Positions 10,085-23,927 of a DNA stretch of 39,678 bases are shown here, piece after piece; position 1 is the stretch's first letter; each line of letters starts with the position of its first letter. The notes under the pieces were generated by a model. The model was given only the letters and a program-made list of their open reading frames with translations. It was not told the origin of the DNA and did not search any database. The stretch covers positions 1 to 39,678 of the forward strand of contig NW_021835685.1 of assembly GCF_006345805.1 (NCBI RefSeq), in the 5' to 3' direction. The stretch comes from Octopus sinensis (lineage: Eukaryota). The translations under genes and the position numbers were made by a program.

Positions 10085-10234
10085 CTCAGTGGTTAGAGCA
10101 GCGGACTCGCGATCGAGGGCTCACGGGTTTGAATCTCAGACCGGGCGATATGTGTTTTTGAACACCTAAGCTCTACGCGGCTCTGGCAGAGTTTAATGGC
10201 GAACTTATGAATACTCTTTCGCCACAACTTTCTC

Positions 10235-10285
<51 letters not shown>

Positions 10286-10415
10286 ATGCATCTAGCAGCT
10301 CACTTGAGACGGACCGGAATCCCTCCCAGGTGTGGAACCTATACACCAATTAAACCGGGAAACCGGCCCTTATGAACCAGGCATGGCTCGAGAAGGAACA
10401 AATAACAACATGAAT
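10085..10415 (+). mobile_element. Family-C SINE, second copy of a local tandem duplication, with (CT)n expansion
   Basis: Near copy of 9832-10005; continues to ccgggaaaccggcccttatgaaccaggcatggctc tail. Confidence 0.75.
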
Positions 10416-11029
10416 AACATTAGAGTCGAAGAACTTAAAATACCTGTTTTTAACATCCTTCATAACTACAACAACAAAAATATCTGTGTAAAAGAGCGTA
10501 ATTGCCCACCCACCGCATAACACTATGAAAAATGATCAATGAACATAACTTCTAACAGCTGCATGGAAATGAATTTATTTGTGTCTGCAGACTGTTTTAG
10601 ATCGTCAAAAACCTGCCATTTATCCAATCTACAACACGGGTAGGTCCAACCAATATATTATAGCACAGACCAATTCGAAAGAAAGGGCTTCCAAATATAT
10701 CTTTTAACAACTTCGACGCGCTACACTTGTGCAGTAACGTGATTGAATAAAATATTTTATTAGTCAATCAATAAAGATCGATATGCATTACATGATCAAT
10801 TTTCATATATTTCCTTTCAGTTACTCGATATTCTGCATTCAAAAATTCTTTTCATTTTTTCTTCAATTACAATCATGTCTTTGTTAATTAAATTAAAAAG
10901 AACCACGCCATTTTTGATTAACTCGTATACGGAAACGAATATGATAACTTTATATTTAATTTTAACTCGGCAAAATATTATCTCACCCATCTTTTAGATT
11001 ATTATTTATCCTTTTCAGCTCTATAAATA

Positions 11030-11063
11030 TTAATATTGTTGTTGTTGTTATTACTATCATTAA

Positions 11064-11146
<83 letters not shown>

Positions 11147-11165
11147 ATAGTAGTAGTAGTAGTAT

Positions 11166-11197
<32 letters not shown>

Positions 11198-11198
11198 T

Positions 11199-11250
<52 letters not shown>
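11030..11250. repeat. Compound (TTG)n/(TTA)n/(TAG)n microsatellite
   Basis: Direct inspection; source of the poly-L/V/T ORFs. Confidence 0.95.
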
Positions 11251-11251
<1 letters not shown>

Positions 11252-11252
11252 A

Positions 11253-11640
11253 GGCGGCGAGCTGGTAGAAACGTTAGCACGCCGGGCGAAATGCGTAACC
11301 GTAATTCGACTGCCGTTACGTTCTGAGTTTAAATTCCACCAAGGTCGACTTAGCCTTTCAACCTTTCGGGATAGATAAAATAAGTACCAGTTACGCACTG
11401 GGGTCTATGTAAACGACTTAATCCGTTTGTCTGTCCTTATTTGTCCTCTCTGCGTTTAGTCCCTTGTGGGTAGTAAAGAAATAGGTATTTCGTCTGTCTT
11501 TACGTTCTGAGTTCAAATTCCGCCAAGGTCGACTTTGCCTTTCATCCTTTCGGGGTCGATGAATCACTGAGGTCGATGTAATTGACTAGTCTCCTCCTCA
11601 CAAATTTGTTGCCTTGTGCCTCCAGTAAAAATGATTATTA
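11253..11640 (+). mobile_element. Family-A SINE with two internal units
   Basis: Head ggcggcgagctggtagaaacgttagcacgccgggcgaaatg; core gtcgactt(a/t)gcctttca..ctttcggggtcgat..aagtaccagtt. Confidence 0.9.
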
Positions 11641-11653
11641 TCATTATTGTTAA

Positions 11654-11871
11654 AGCGGCGTGCTAGTAGAGTGATTGACTCGCCGGACAAAAAAAAACTT
11701 ATTGGCATTTCATCCATCATTAAATTCTGAGTTCAAATTCCACCACGGTCGACTTTGCTTTACATCCTTTCGGGATCGATAGAATAAGCACCAATTGAGT
11801 ACTGGGGTCGATATATAATCAACATACCCCCTCACCCAAATTTCAGACCTTATACCTATAGTAGAAAAGAA

Positions 11872-11872
<1 letters not shown>
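11654..11872 (+). mobile_element. Family-A SINE followed by an (ATT)n tail
   Basis: Degenerate head, core and tail cctatagtagaaaaga; (ATT)n 11873-11959. Confidence 0.85.
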
Positions 11873-11959
<87 letters not shown>

Positions 11960-12247
11960 GAGTGAGAAAGTAGTGCATGCCATCAAAGTGACACTGGGGT
12001 AAAATATACGAAGCCCAGTTTACCCATCATGACTACCCGTCTGATAAGGGTACACTAGGCACATGCATCACAACCATATGTGCGCGAAATGGTGATCTCA
12101 TATCAAGATTAACAGCGCATAACATAGCGGGTAGAGCCCAGTTAGAATTTTCTTCAGGTTGAGTAGCCCATCCTGCTCAAAAGATCCCTGAATAAAGGTT
12201 TTTAAGGATGTTGAACGAAACACCCATGTTTCTAAAGATGAATTATC
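11960..12247 (-). mobile_element. Partial copy of the (AAT)n-flanked 554-bp element (see 36970-37523)
   Basis: Reverse complement of ~37230-37523; abuts (ATT)n. Confidence 0.9.
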
Positions 12248-12390
12248 CATTAAGCGGTTCGGCAAAAGAGACCGATAGAATAAGTACTAGGCTTACAAAG
12301 ATTAAGTCTTGGGGTCGATTTGGTCGACTAAAGGCGGTGCTCCAGCATGGCCGCAGTCAAGTGAATGAAACACATATAAGAATAAAAGAA
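12248..12390 (+). mobile_element. Family-B SINE 3' end
   Basis: taagcggttcggcaaaagagaccgatagaataagtactaggcttacaaag...ccagcatggccgcagtcaa. Confidence 0.85.
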
Positions 12391-12698
12391 AAGAATCTTT
12401 GTGTGTACGTGTATGTATGTATGTATGAATTTATGCATGCGTGGCTAAATGAGTGCATGTGTGTATACGTTTGTTTGCCGCCGTGTTTACGTCCACAGCA
12501 GCGTTCATTTTTACAGTAAACTTTATGCCGCGTGTCTTTATGTTCCGCAAATTAGAAGTTAAGGAACCGCAAAGAACAATAACACAAGTTCCAGACATGT
12601 CTACATACTATGTTCAATCTGATCGATCACAGCCCCTGAAAGCTGTGAGCCAATAAAAAATAATACCATATCTTTAGCAGCAGACTTCATTTTATTTT

Positions 12699-13217
12699 CT
12701 ACTAGCGGTATCGCCCGGCGTTGCTCGGGTTTGTAAGGGAAATAACTATATAAGCATTTTTAGAGAGTTACTTCCCTTATAGATGCCAATTCGGGCTTTC
12801 TTAGCCATTTCTGTTTTGGTGTCTTCAAGCCATGAAGTCTTTGTTCTAAAAGAACGCTGGTCTCCTTGACAACGCTTTACGACGTTGATTTCCTTACACT
12901 CCCTTCCCCACAGCTTCACGAGGGAGGGAAGAAGGGGGAGAAGCAAACAGGTGCAGGTGTGACCATGGATGTCAACTCCGCCGCCATCGACACACAGGAA
13001 AAATTATGCATTAAAATGGAATAAAAAATGATGTTAAATTATTTTTAAAATCGTAGGCTCATCGTAGACGCGCGCTAATACTCAGACGGGCTCGATATGA
13101 ATCACGACTATAAGATGCCCGAATTTGGTTAAACTGCATCGCAAAATGTGGGAGTAGTTAGGAATCTAAATCGAAGGGGACAGACACTCACACAACTACA
13201 GTTTTATATATATAGAT
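12699..13217 (+). mobile_element. Non-autonomous Helitron/Helentron-type (DINE-1/Lep1/HINE-like) element
   Basis: 5' ctACTAGcggtatcgCCCGGcgttgCTCGGG hairpin end; 3' acagacactcacacaactacagttttatatatatagat end; no TSD. Architecture recalled from HINE-type elements. Confidence 0.6.
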
Positions 13218-13779
13218 AACGTGAGATCGCGTTTATTACGTTTAACGGCGTTTTGATTTTCATTCTGTTATCGTCGCTGTTGTTTTTGTTGGTTATTTGT
13301 ATTTTCTTTGTTATTGTTATTGTTGCTGCTGTTTCCTTCTTTGATCTTTCCTCGTCCCTTCACTCTTTTCTTCAGAAATGCTCTTGCATTCGCTGTTTCG
13401 GTTTTCACAAGATAATATTCGTTCCAAGACTATCATTGAAAATAAAGTTGGCGAATCAATAGCGAAGAGGAAACCTGAAACCTTACAGGCTGCCCCAAAT
13501 ATATCGCTGACAAATCAATAATGCAATACAATATATTTTAAATGCAGATGTTATGTTGAAAAGGACTCGTGTGTCGTTTATCTGATTCTATATTTGGCTG
13601 TCTTTACAAACTGGGATGCCAACAGTTTTCAATCGATTTAGTTACTAATGGGTTAATTGCGAAAACAGTTTTGCTTCTCTGAGACTAAGATGTCGACTGT
13701 TAATAAAAAAGAAGGGGAGGTAATAAGAATTTTGAGCGGGAAAAATCCGAATGGAACCTTTGGGTGGGATTGAAGAGGG

Positions 13780-14350
13780 TAAAAGAAGAGAGGTAAAAGA
13801 GGGTAAAAGATGAGTGGGTCTGTGAGTGAGGGAGTGGGGGAGTGGGAATGGGAGGGAAATAAGAGAGTGAGTGAGTGAGTGAGGGAGGGAGGGAGGGAGG
13901 TAAGGAAAGTGTGAGTGAATAAGAGAGAGTGTGAGTGAGTGAATGAGTGAGCGAGTGGGGGGAGGGAATGGGAAGGAAATAAGAGAGTGAGTGAGTGAGT
14001 GAGGGAGGGTGGGAGGGAAGGAGGGAAGGAAAGTGTGAGTGAATAAGAGAGAGTATGAGTGAAAGAATAAGTGAGTGAGTGAGCGAGCGAATGAGAGAGT
14101 GGGAGAGCGAGCGAGTGAGTGAGTGAGCGAGTAGGTGATTGAGTGAGTGAGTGAGGGGGAGAGTGAGAAGGGAGTGAGGGGGAGTGAGGGGAGTGAGGAA
14201 GGGAGGGGGGAAGGAGTGAATGAGCGAGTGGGTGAGTAGTGTGAGTGAGTGTATAAGAGAGTGAGTGAGTGAGCAAGTAAGGGATTAAGTGACTGAATGA
14301 GTAAGTGAGGGAATGAGAGAATGAGCGTATGAGTGAGTAAGAAAGTGGGA
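13780..14350 (+). repeat. Purine-rich (GAGT)n/(GGGA)n complex tract with a ~120-bp higher-order repeat
   Basis: gggaatggga(g/a)ggaaataagagagtgagtgag...ggaaagtgtgagtgaataagagagag occurs at ~13845 and ~13965. Confidence 0.85.
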
Positions 14351-14432
14351 GGTGTCCGTGAATCAGTAAGTCTGAGAATTAATCAGTGACTGATATACCT
14401 GTGGGTTGGAGAAATAGTGAAAGATTATAAGA

Positions 14433-15510
<1,078 letters not shown>

Positions 15511-16348
15511 TTGAGTATGAAGGAAAGAAAGATAGTGAACAAGAGAAGGAAATGAAAGAGAAATTTAACAGACGTGATATAACGAGAGAAAATATAATTT
15601 GGATTCATAAGTCGAGAGAAGGGCGGTGGATAAATAGATCGCTGGGAAATAGAGAAAGAAGAATAAAGAGCTTAAATATATACTAAGAGCATTTAGGAAG
15701 GAGAATGGAAGTAAATATGATACTTCTAGAGATGAGATGCATAAAAAAAAACCAGAAAAAACACCACAGTAAGCTACAGCTTCATTAGTTTCTTAACTTG
15801 AATTCCCAGCTCTTGGTGTCATCGACTTTCATAATGATAAGGTAACCAAGGTAACTCTAAGAGTGCAGAAAGCGAGACCTGGTGTCTCCAAAAATTCTGG
15901 CTAAATTAAGAATAGAGAAAACGGTAGAAGTTGCCTTCCTAGTGAAGGAGTCAACATCACAAAATGCGATCTTTCGTTATAGATTTGTAATTTAATTTCA
16001 AATGCACAAGAGTAAAATGAAGCCAGAATGATCAGTTATTGGAAATCGATGAACGACAAAAGTCTAGGTTAGTAAGAGTTGTGATCAGTATGCACTAGAT
16101 CAGTAAAATACTCGATACTAAATACCTATATTTACTAACGTGTAGTTGCTTATAGATGTGTGGATTCAGTTAGTGCTTGGGAGCTGAATCAAAAATCTAT
16201 GGTTGATACATGTGAAGGAGTTATCTGTCTCATTATACACCCATATACATTCATATATACAGGCGTAGAAGTAAATGTAGAGATAATCAGATTAGACAGA
16301 TCAATATATAAAGTAAAATAAATGCATGAAATACAAAAAATGTATATA

Positions 16349-17210
16349 CACGGTCTGATCAATAAGTATTCGGACTGTTGCTATAGTGACGAAACTAAAG
16401 CACGGAGAGTGAAGCCGCTTGGCACAGATTTATCTTAAACTCTACTGTGTGTGTGCAGTAAGTTTCAGCGTTCTAGCTTACTTCTGGTGTTTACGGCAGG
16501 ACTTGGAAGGAAGGTGTGTAGCGTGTGACCGTTGCATTGACAATGACAGAGAAAGTTGAGCAGAAAATCTGCATTAAATTTTGTCAAAAGCTTGACGATG
16601 CCTACTCAGAGGCCTACGCAAATTTTTCAAAAAGTTTTCATTGTTCTCGACACAATTAAGGAGATCTTGCGCAACTGAAATCCGAGTGTCTTTTTGGGCA
16701 GCTGAAAGCAGTTTTGACACAAACTTGGCAGACACACAAATCTTCAGTGATAATGGCCTGAACTGAACCGTAACTAATCTGCACATACTCTAATAATTCA
16801 CTGATGGTGATTCGACGCTTCCCACATACAGTTGTACGCACGTCTACAATATTTTTCTGAGTTTTACTGGTTATAAATCGACAATTTTTCGGCCATCTTG
16901 GAAACGTCTGAACCACTCGTACACTTGCGTGCATCTCATACACTCCTCTCCATACACTTTCTGCAGCTTTGCGTGGGTCTCTGAGCAGGTATCGCCACAG
17001 CAACTTTCTCTGTCATGATCAATGTGACAATCACTCGCTACACACTTTCCTTCCAAGCACTGCTGTAAACAGCGGATGTGAGCTAGAAGGTTGAAACTTA
17101 GTGCGCATGCACAGCAGAGTTCATGGTCAATCTTTGCCAAGCGGCTTTACTCTGCATGCTTTAGCTTCTTTACTATGGCAACAGCCCGGATAATTATTGA
17201 TCAGACCTCG
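16349..17210. mobile_element. Mariner-derived non-autonomous element with two 5' ends (long inverted repeats)
   Basis: ~40-bp TIRs (cacggtctgatcaataagtattcggactgttgctatagt / reverse complement at 17172-17210) with TA on both sides. Plus strand MTEKVEQKICIKFCQKL; minus strand GDTCSETHAKLQKVYGEEC...EWFRRFQDGRK...VSAKFVSKLLS. Confidence 0.9.
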
Positions 17211-17444
17211 TATTTATACATATAAAACAAGTCCAATTTACACGGAATACCAATAATAGAGAGAATTAAAGGTGTTGAAGAAAAGTATTACAAATCCAAC
17301 TGCTCTTTTTGCCCATACATTCAGATATCTGGTTCCAAGTGTGTTCCTCCTAGTGCAGACTGATATAAGATATTTTTTTAAGACTTATCATCGGGCGTAT
17401 CGCAGAAGTTTTATATACATGCATACATACGTACGTACACACAC

Positions 17445-17585
17445 ATACGACAGGCTTCTTCCAGTTTCCGTCTCCCAAATCTACTCAGAAAGCTTTGGTC
17501 GGCGCCAAACTAAAGTAGAAGACAGTTACCCAAGGTGCCACACAGTAAGACTAAACCCGGAGCCGTATAGTTCGGAAGCCAGTTT
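17445..17585 (-). mobile_element. Family-B SINE 5' half
   Basis: Reverse complement of the B head/core (cttgggtaactgtcttctactttag...ccgaccaaagc). Confidence 0.75.
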
Positions 17586-18187
17586 CTTATTTCTTTATTG
17601 CCCACATGGGGCTAAACATAGAGGGGACAAACAAGTACAGACAAAGGGATTAAGTCGATGAAATCGACCCCAGTGCGTAACTTTTACTTAATTTATCTAC
17701 CCCGAAAGGATGAAAAGCAAAGTCGACCCAGGCGGAATTTGAACTGAGAACGTAACGGCAGACGAAGTACCTATTTCTTTACTACCCACAAGGGGCTAAA
17801 CACAGAGGGGACAAACAAGTACAGACAAAGGGATTAAGTCGATGAAATCGACCCCAGTGCGTAACTTTTACTTAATTTATCTACCCCGAAAGGATGAAAA
17901 GCAAAGTCGACCCAGGCGGAATTTGAACTGAGAACGTAACGGCAGACGAAATACCTATTTCTTTACTACCTACAAGGCGCTAAACACAGAGGGGACAAAT
18001 AAGGACACACAAACGGATTAAGTAGATTACATCGACCCCAGTGCGTAACTGGTACTTAATTTATCGACTCCGAAAGGATGAAAGGCAAAGTCGACCTTGG
18101 TGGAATTTGAACTCAGAACGTAACAGCAGACGAAATACCGCTAAGTCAATTCGCCCGGCGTGCTAACGTTTCTGCAATCTCACCGCC
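17586..18187 (-). mobile_element. Family-A SINE with three 184-bp internal units
   Basis: c(c)(c/t)aca anchor at 17601, 17785 and 17969; head ends ...ccgcc at 18187. Confidence 0.92.
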
Positions 18188-18530
18188 TTCTTACCACACA
18201 GCCACGCCACTTCTGTGGCAGAATTATTTTTTAATTGCCCTTTGGCTATTTGCTACATTAATGCCTGAAGGGTCACTGGAATTCCACATATCGTTGGCAA
18301 TGGGATTTCGCTTGAAGCAACTAACGGACGTCTGTCACTGAAAAGACGAAGCAGGTCGGACTCACGTAGTCTGGCATTTCCGGAGCCCGTAGCACGCGTT
18401 TCTCATCTGCTAGGGATAGAAATATGCGTGCTTTTGTGCACCCTGCGTCGATATGCGAGGTCTTCTCCTGGTAAATAATGCAGTAGTCGGTGCTCTAATA
18501 AAACACCCACACTAAGTGCTTTTTGCCACC

Positions 18531-18930
18531 GTGGCTGTGTGGTACGTAGCTTGCTTACGAACCACATGGTTCCGGGTTCATTCCCACTTCTTGGAATCTT
18601 GGGCAAGTGTCTTCTACTATAGCCTCGGACCGACCAAAGCCTTATGAGTGGATTTGGTAGTCGGAAACTGAAAGAAGCCCGCCGTATATATGTATATATA
18701 TGTATATGTGTGTATGTATGTGTATGTTTGTGTGTCTGTGTTTGTTCCCCCAACATCGCTTTACAACAGATGCTGGTGTGTTTATGTCCCCGTAACTTAG
18801 CGGTTTGGCAAAAGAGACCGATAGAATAAGTACTAGGCTTACATAGAATAAGTCATGGGGTCGACTTGTTCGATTAAAGACGGTGATCCAGCATGGCCAC
18901 AGTCAAATGGCTGAAACAAGTAAAAGAGTA
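18531..18930 (+). mobile_element. Family-B SINE, near full length
   Basis: gtggctgtgtggta (A box) ... gggttcattccc (B box) ... cttgggcaagtgtcttctactatagcctcgg (CORE-like) ... internal TG/TA microsatellite ... gaaacaagtaaaagagta tail. Confidence 0.92.
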
Positions 18931-18984
18931 TATATAAAATGTTTGTGTATACAATATATATATATATACATACATATATATACA

Positions 18985-19200
18985 TTCAAAATGTGTCCGC
19001 GTGTGTATCGTTGGCGACTTTTCTCCTGCTTCTTCCCTTTCTTGGATCTTTCATTTCCCTATGTTTCTGACGAAGAGCTCCGCTCGAAACGTTAAATCCT
19101 CCTTCTTTCTTTCCTTTCCTGAGCGTCCAATAACACTATGCTTGTTCCACATCCTCGCGTTGTTGTGTTTTCTCTTTGTGTTTTCATGTATGGATTAACT
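18985..19200 (+). mobile_element. ~215-bp TA-embedded element carrying a hammerhead
   Basis: Non-coding, pyrimidine-rich, TA-type repeats on both sides; contains the motif at 19064-19096. Confidence 0.7.
19064..19096 (+). ncRNA. Minimal type I hammerhead ribozyme
   Basis: UUU CUGACGA A GAGC UCC GCUC GAAA CG U U AAA. Stem I 3 bp plus G.U, stem II 4 bp, palindromic ACGU stem III, GUU triplet. Confidence 0.8.
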
Positions 19201-20086
19201 ATATATACATACATATATGCATATATAGATACATATATATACACATATATATATACACATATATATATAGGGAGAGAGACTTGTATATATAATATATGTA
19301 CGTGCGGCGCACGCACACACGCATACTCACACAGAGACACATACACACACATATATATATATTTACATTTATGAGTATTGCTGAGACTGTCTTTCTTCTT
19401 CCCAAACCAACACCCCTTGGCAACCGGTGTTATATTTTTCATGTCCTTGTGACATTGCGGTTCGGCAAAAGTACAAGACTTATAAAAATCATATAAGATG
19501 GTTTGGACTGACATCCTTCAAGGCGTTGCTCCAGCTTGGCTGCAGCCAAATGACTAACAATAATAGTCAAATTGTAATTCTAAAACAGCCAATTAAATGC
19601 AACATCTAAATTCGTACCCCTTTAAAAGCAAAGCATTGTAATACCAAACATATTTAGACTTTCTATAATTATCCTCTTTCTACCCACGATATCTGGGTAT
19701 ATACACTACCGTCTAAAAAGTTTGCCGCAAGACGAATAGTGAAACTGTATATTGCTTTATAATCAACTGCTACCATCGAATAGGTTTCATAACTGTCTGG
19801 TAGCAAGTAAACACTGGTTTACAATAATGATTCGCAACCAAGGATAGATTTACATCCTTGTGATAAAGATGTACGAAGCAGATGATAAATATGTCAAAGC
19901 TGATCCTTCGTTATTATATAATCGACAAAGTTTATTTTTAAAATATGGAAAAATAAAAACAAAATACACATCTCAGTCTTGTAGCGCGACGTATATTACG
20001 TAACGGCGTAGACGGCATAACGAAAAACTTTGTAGAGCATGATGCTTGCTACTACGTAAGCTGTTAGCGTAGATTAAGTATATAGA

Positions 20087-20285
20087 CGCGGCGAGCTGCC
20101 AGAATCGTTAGCGATATTTCTTCCGGCTCTTTACGTTCTGAGTTCAAGTTCTGCCAAGGTCGACCTTGCATTTTCATCCGTTCGTGGTCGATAAACTAAG
20201 TGACATTTGAACACTGAATTCGATGTAATCGACTACTCTCTCCCCACTAAAAGAACTGGCCTTATGTCAAAATTTGAAAGCATTA
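20087..20285 (+). mobile_element. Degenerate family-A SINE
   Basis: gcggcgagctgccagaatcgttagc head plus core. Confidence 0.8.
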
Positions 20286-20345
20286 TCATCATCAATATTC
20301 TTCTTCTTCTTATTATTATTATTAGTATTATTGCTGCTGCTGTTG

Positions 20346-20387
<42 letters not shown>

Positions 20388-20405
20388 ATAATAATAATAA
20401 TAATG

Positions 20406-20982
20406 ATGCGAGCTGGCAGAAACGTTAGCACGCCGGGCGAAATGATAGGCGGTATTTCGTCTGCCGTTACGTTGTGAGTTCAAATTCCGCCGAGGTCGAC
20501 TTTGCCTTTCATTCTTTCGGGGTCGATAAATTAAGTACCAGTTACGCGCTGGGGTCGATGTAATCTTCTTAATCCCTTTGTCTGTCCTTGTTTGTCCACT
20601 CTATGTTTAGCCCCTTGTGGGCAATAAAGAAATAGGTATTTCGTCTGCCGTTACGTTCTGAGTTCAAATTCCGCCGAGGTCCACTTTGCCTTTCATTCTT
20701 TCGGGGTCGATAAATTAAGTACCAGTTACGCGCTGGGGTCGATGTAATCTTCTTAATCCCTTTGTCTGTCCTTGTTTGTCCCCTCTGTGTTTAGCCCCTT
20801 GTGGGCAGCAAAGAAATAGGTATTTCGTCTGCCGCTACGTTCTGAGTTCAAATTCCGCCGAGGTCGACTTAGCCTTTCATCCTTACGGGGTCGATTAAAT
20901 AAGTACCAGTTACGGACTGGGGTCGAACGTAATGGACTTAACGCCCTCCCCCAACCTGCCCTTGTGGCAAAAATTTGAAATG

Positions 20983-20985
<3 letters not shown>
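20406..20985 (+). mobile_element. Family-A SINE with 184-bp tandem units
   Basis: ggtatttcgtctgccg at 20451, 20635 and 20819. Confidence 0.92.
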
Positions 20986-21020
<35 letters not shown>

Positions 21021-21354
21021 GTAATCGACTTAGCTCCTCCTCCGAAATCGTTGACTTTGTACCGATATTTAAAGCCATTATTATTCTTAGTCGTAGTATT
21101 CGAATATCGATCTGGCAAAATCGTTGGCTCGCTGGACAAATGCTGAGCCACATTCTGTCTGTATTTACTTTCTAACTTTCAAATTCCCTCGACGTTGACA
21201 TTATCTGTCATCGTTTCGAGGTCAGTTGAGCTTTGGGGCTAATGTAATAGTCCAGCCGTCCCACCCCCGCAAAATTCCAGGTCTTGTGCCTAAACAAGGA
21301 AGGATATCTATTAAGGCAGTGGGATGTCGGAATCGTTAGCACGCCACTAAGCGT

Positions 21355-21566
21355 TTTACTCTTTTACTTGTTTCAGTCATTTGACTGTGGCCATGCTGGA
21401 GCACCGCATTTAGTCGAGCAAATCGACCCCAGGACTTATTCTTTGTAAGCCTAGTGCTTATTCTATCGGTTTCTTTTGCCGAACCGCTAAGTTACGGGGA
21501 CGTAAACACACCACCATCGGTTGTCAAGCGATGTTGGGGGTGGGGGACAAACACAAACACATAAAC

Positions 21567-21629
<63 letters not shown>

Positions 21630-21818
21630 TGTATATATATGCATATGCATATATACGACGGGCTTCTTTCAGTTTCCGTCTACCAAATCCACTCACAAGG
21701 CTTTGGTCGGCCCGAGGCTATAGCAGGAGACACTTACCCAAGGTGCAACGTAGTGGGGCTGAACCCGGAACCATGTGGCTGGTAAGCAAACTACTTATCA
21801 CACAGCCACTCCTACGCC
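21355..21818 (-). mobile_element. Family-B SINE, full length
   Basis: Reverse complement of the B consensus, ending cagccactcctacgcc. Confidence 0.92.
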
Positions 21819-21819
21819 T

Positions 21820-22205
21820 ATTTTGTCCATCTTTACATTCTGAGTTCAAATTCTGCTACGATCGACTTTGCCTTTCATCTTCTTCAGGTCGATGAAATGA
21901 ATACCAGTTGAGTACTGGGGTCCGAAAGAATCCACTAACACCCTTCCACAAAATTTCAGGCTTTGTATATATTTTGGGAGGAATTAATATGATTAAGGCG
22001 GTGAGTTCTCAGAATCGTTAGCACACCGGAAAAGGTGGTTAGCTGCATTCCTTCCGACTCTTTACGTTCAAATTTCAAATTCCACCGGGGTCGATTCTGT
22101 CTTTCATTCTTTCACGGTCGATAAAATGAGTTGAGGGCTAAAGGTGGATATAATCGATTTATCCCCGCCTCACAAAATCCCAGGTCGCGTGCCAAAAATT
22201 TGAAG
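21820..22205 (+). mobile_element. Two adjacent degenerate family-A SINEs
   Basis: Cores at ~21860 and ~22085; head aaggcggtgagttctcagaatcgttagcac at ~21995. Confidence 0.75.
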
Positions 22206-22783
22206 CAGTTATGCAATGTATCTGTCTGGGCGTTAGAGGTGAAAATGGCAAAATATATGAAGCCTAGGAATTGAATATTAGCGGAAGGGTTGCGAATTAC
22301 TGGTGTACACCAACGCAATGATGGTATATGATTAAATGAGGTATGAGCTATTAACTATCAGCGCTCTGTTTCGTTTAACAAACCTAATGCTGAAGAAAAT
22401 TATTTCTGTAACGAGTTCAAGGCAAAGTGAAATTAGAGCAGATTCGCTCATATCATTATCGAAAGCAAAAATAAATATATGTATATATATAAAATAGAAA
22501 AGAAAATTGAGAAAGAAATACGCTTTGTTCGTGTGTATTCAGGTTTGTTTTGTTTTCTATGTATTGTGTGTCAGTGTGTGCAAAAAATGGATGTGTGGGT
22601 GTGTGCGCGAGTGTCTGTAAAGATAAGTATAGATATACGATATAATAGATACACCTACACACACCCCACACACATCTACGAGTGTGTGATAGGGCTCTGT
22701 ATAAGTTACTAAATATACATACATATTTATATGTTTATACACACATATATTGATATATGTATACACACACACAAATTTACATA

Positions 22784-23180
<397 letters not shown>

Positions 23181-23695
23181 ATATGTTTTGTGTGCGTGTG
23201 TAATGAGAAGAATCGGGTGAAAAACACACAGAGCAAAAGAGAGAAACCCACGTGTAAACTGCGAGAAAGTGTGGGGCGATAAATCTTATTGGAAACACGA
23301 GTACATAACCCTTAATGCGTTTTGCTTCTTGTAAACCATTAGTTATTTTTTTTTTTTTTTTATCGTAGCCAAGTGTAAATGAGAAATCTACTGGAGACGT
23401 GCCACGTTATTCAAGCCATGTTGCTAGGCAATGATATAACAAATGCCAAAACGAACTGAGACGTATGGTAGACTGTGCCAAATGCTGTAAGATGTATTAT
23501 AACGAAATGAATAACACGGAACAGACGCCTACATTGTATTCACTCGTTTTTTTCCTTTCTGTTAAGCAATCGACAGAAATGTCAGGGAACCGAGCTGATT
23601 GTGTTAAATATATGTGTCGAATAGGATCCGATGTAAAGATTCATCCAAAAGTGTTTCGGCATATGGATAGATATACTGCTAGGCAAATATTGCTT

Positions 23696-23904
23696 TCAAA
23701 TTTTGGCACAAAGCCAGAATTTTTGGTGGAAGAAGCCATGTCGATTAAGTCGGCCCCAGTTTCCAACTGGTACTTATTTCATCGACCGCGGAAGAATGAA
23801 GGGCAAAGTCGACTTCGGTTGAACTTGAACTCAGAATGTGAAGATCGGTGAAATGCTGCCAAGCATTTAATTCGTCGTGCTAACGATTCTGCCAGCTCGT
23901 CGCC
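23696..23904 (-). mobile_element. Family-A SINE
   Basis: Reverse complement of head (gctaacgattctgccagctcgtcgcc) and core. Confidence 0.85.
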
Positions 23905-23927
23905 TTATTGCATGTAAATATTGATTT

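Noticed and set aside
13653-14276. 207-aa minus-strand ORF rich in S/L/T/H/P
   Set aside because: It is the reverse translation of the (GAGT)n/(GGGA)n tract.
17586-18187. CRISPR-like or phage-type regular repeats
   Set aside because: Units are ~184-bp SINE internal repeats without unique spacers, in a eukaryotic context.
22385-22420. CTGAAGA followed by an AAAT-T-ATTT hairpin
   Set aside because: No GAAA follows the hairpin and no stem I or III.
23345-23500. Strong poly-T/TAG splice acceptor at 23368
   Set aside because: Two frames stop at once and the third after 21 codons; no supporting homology.
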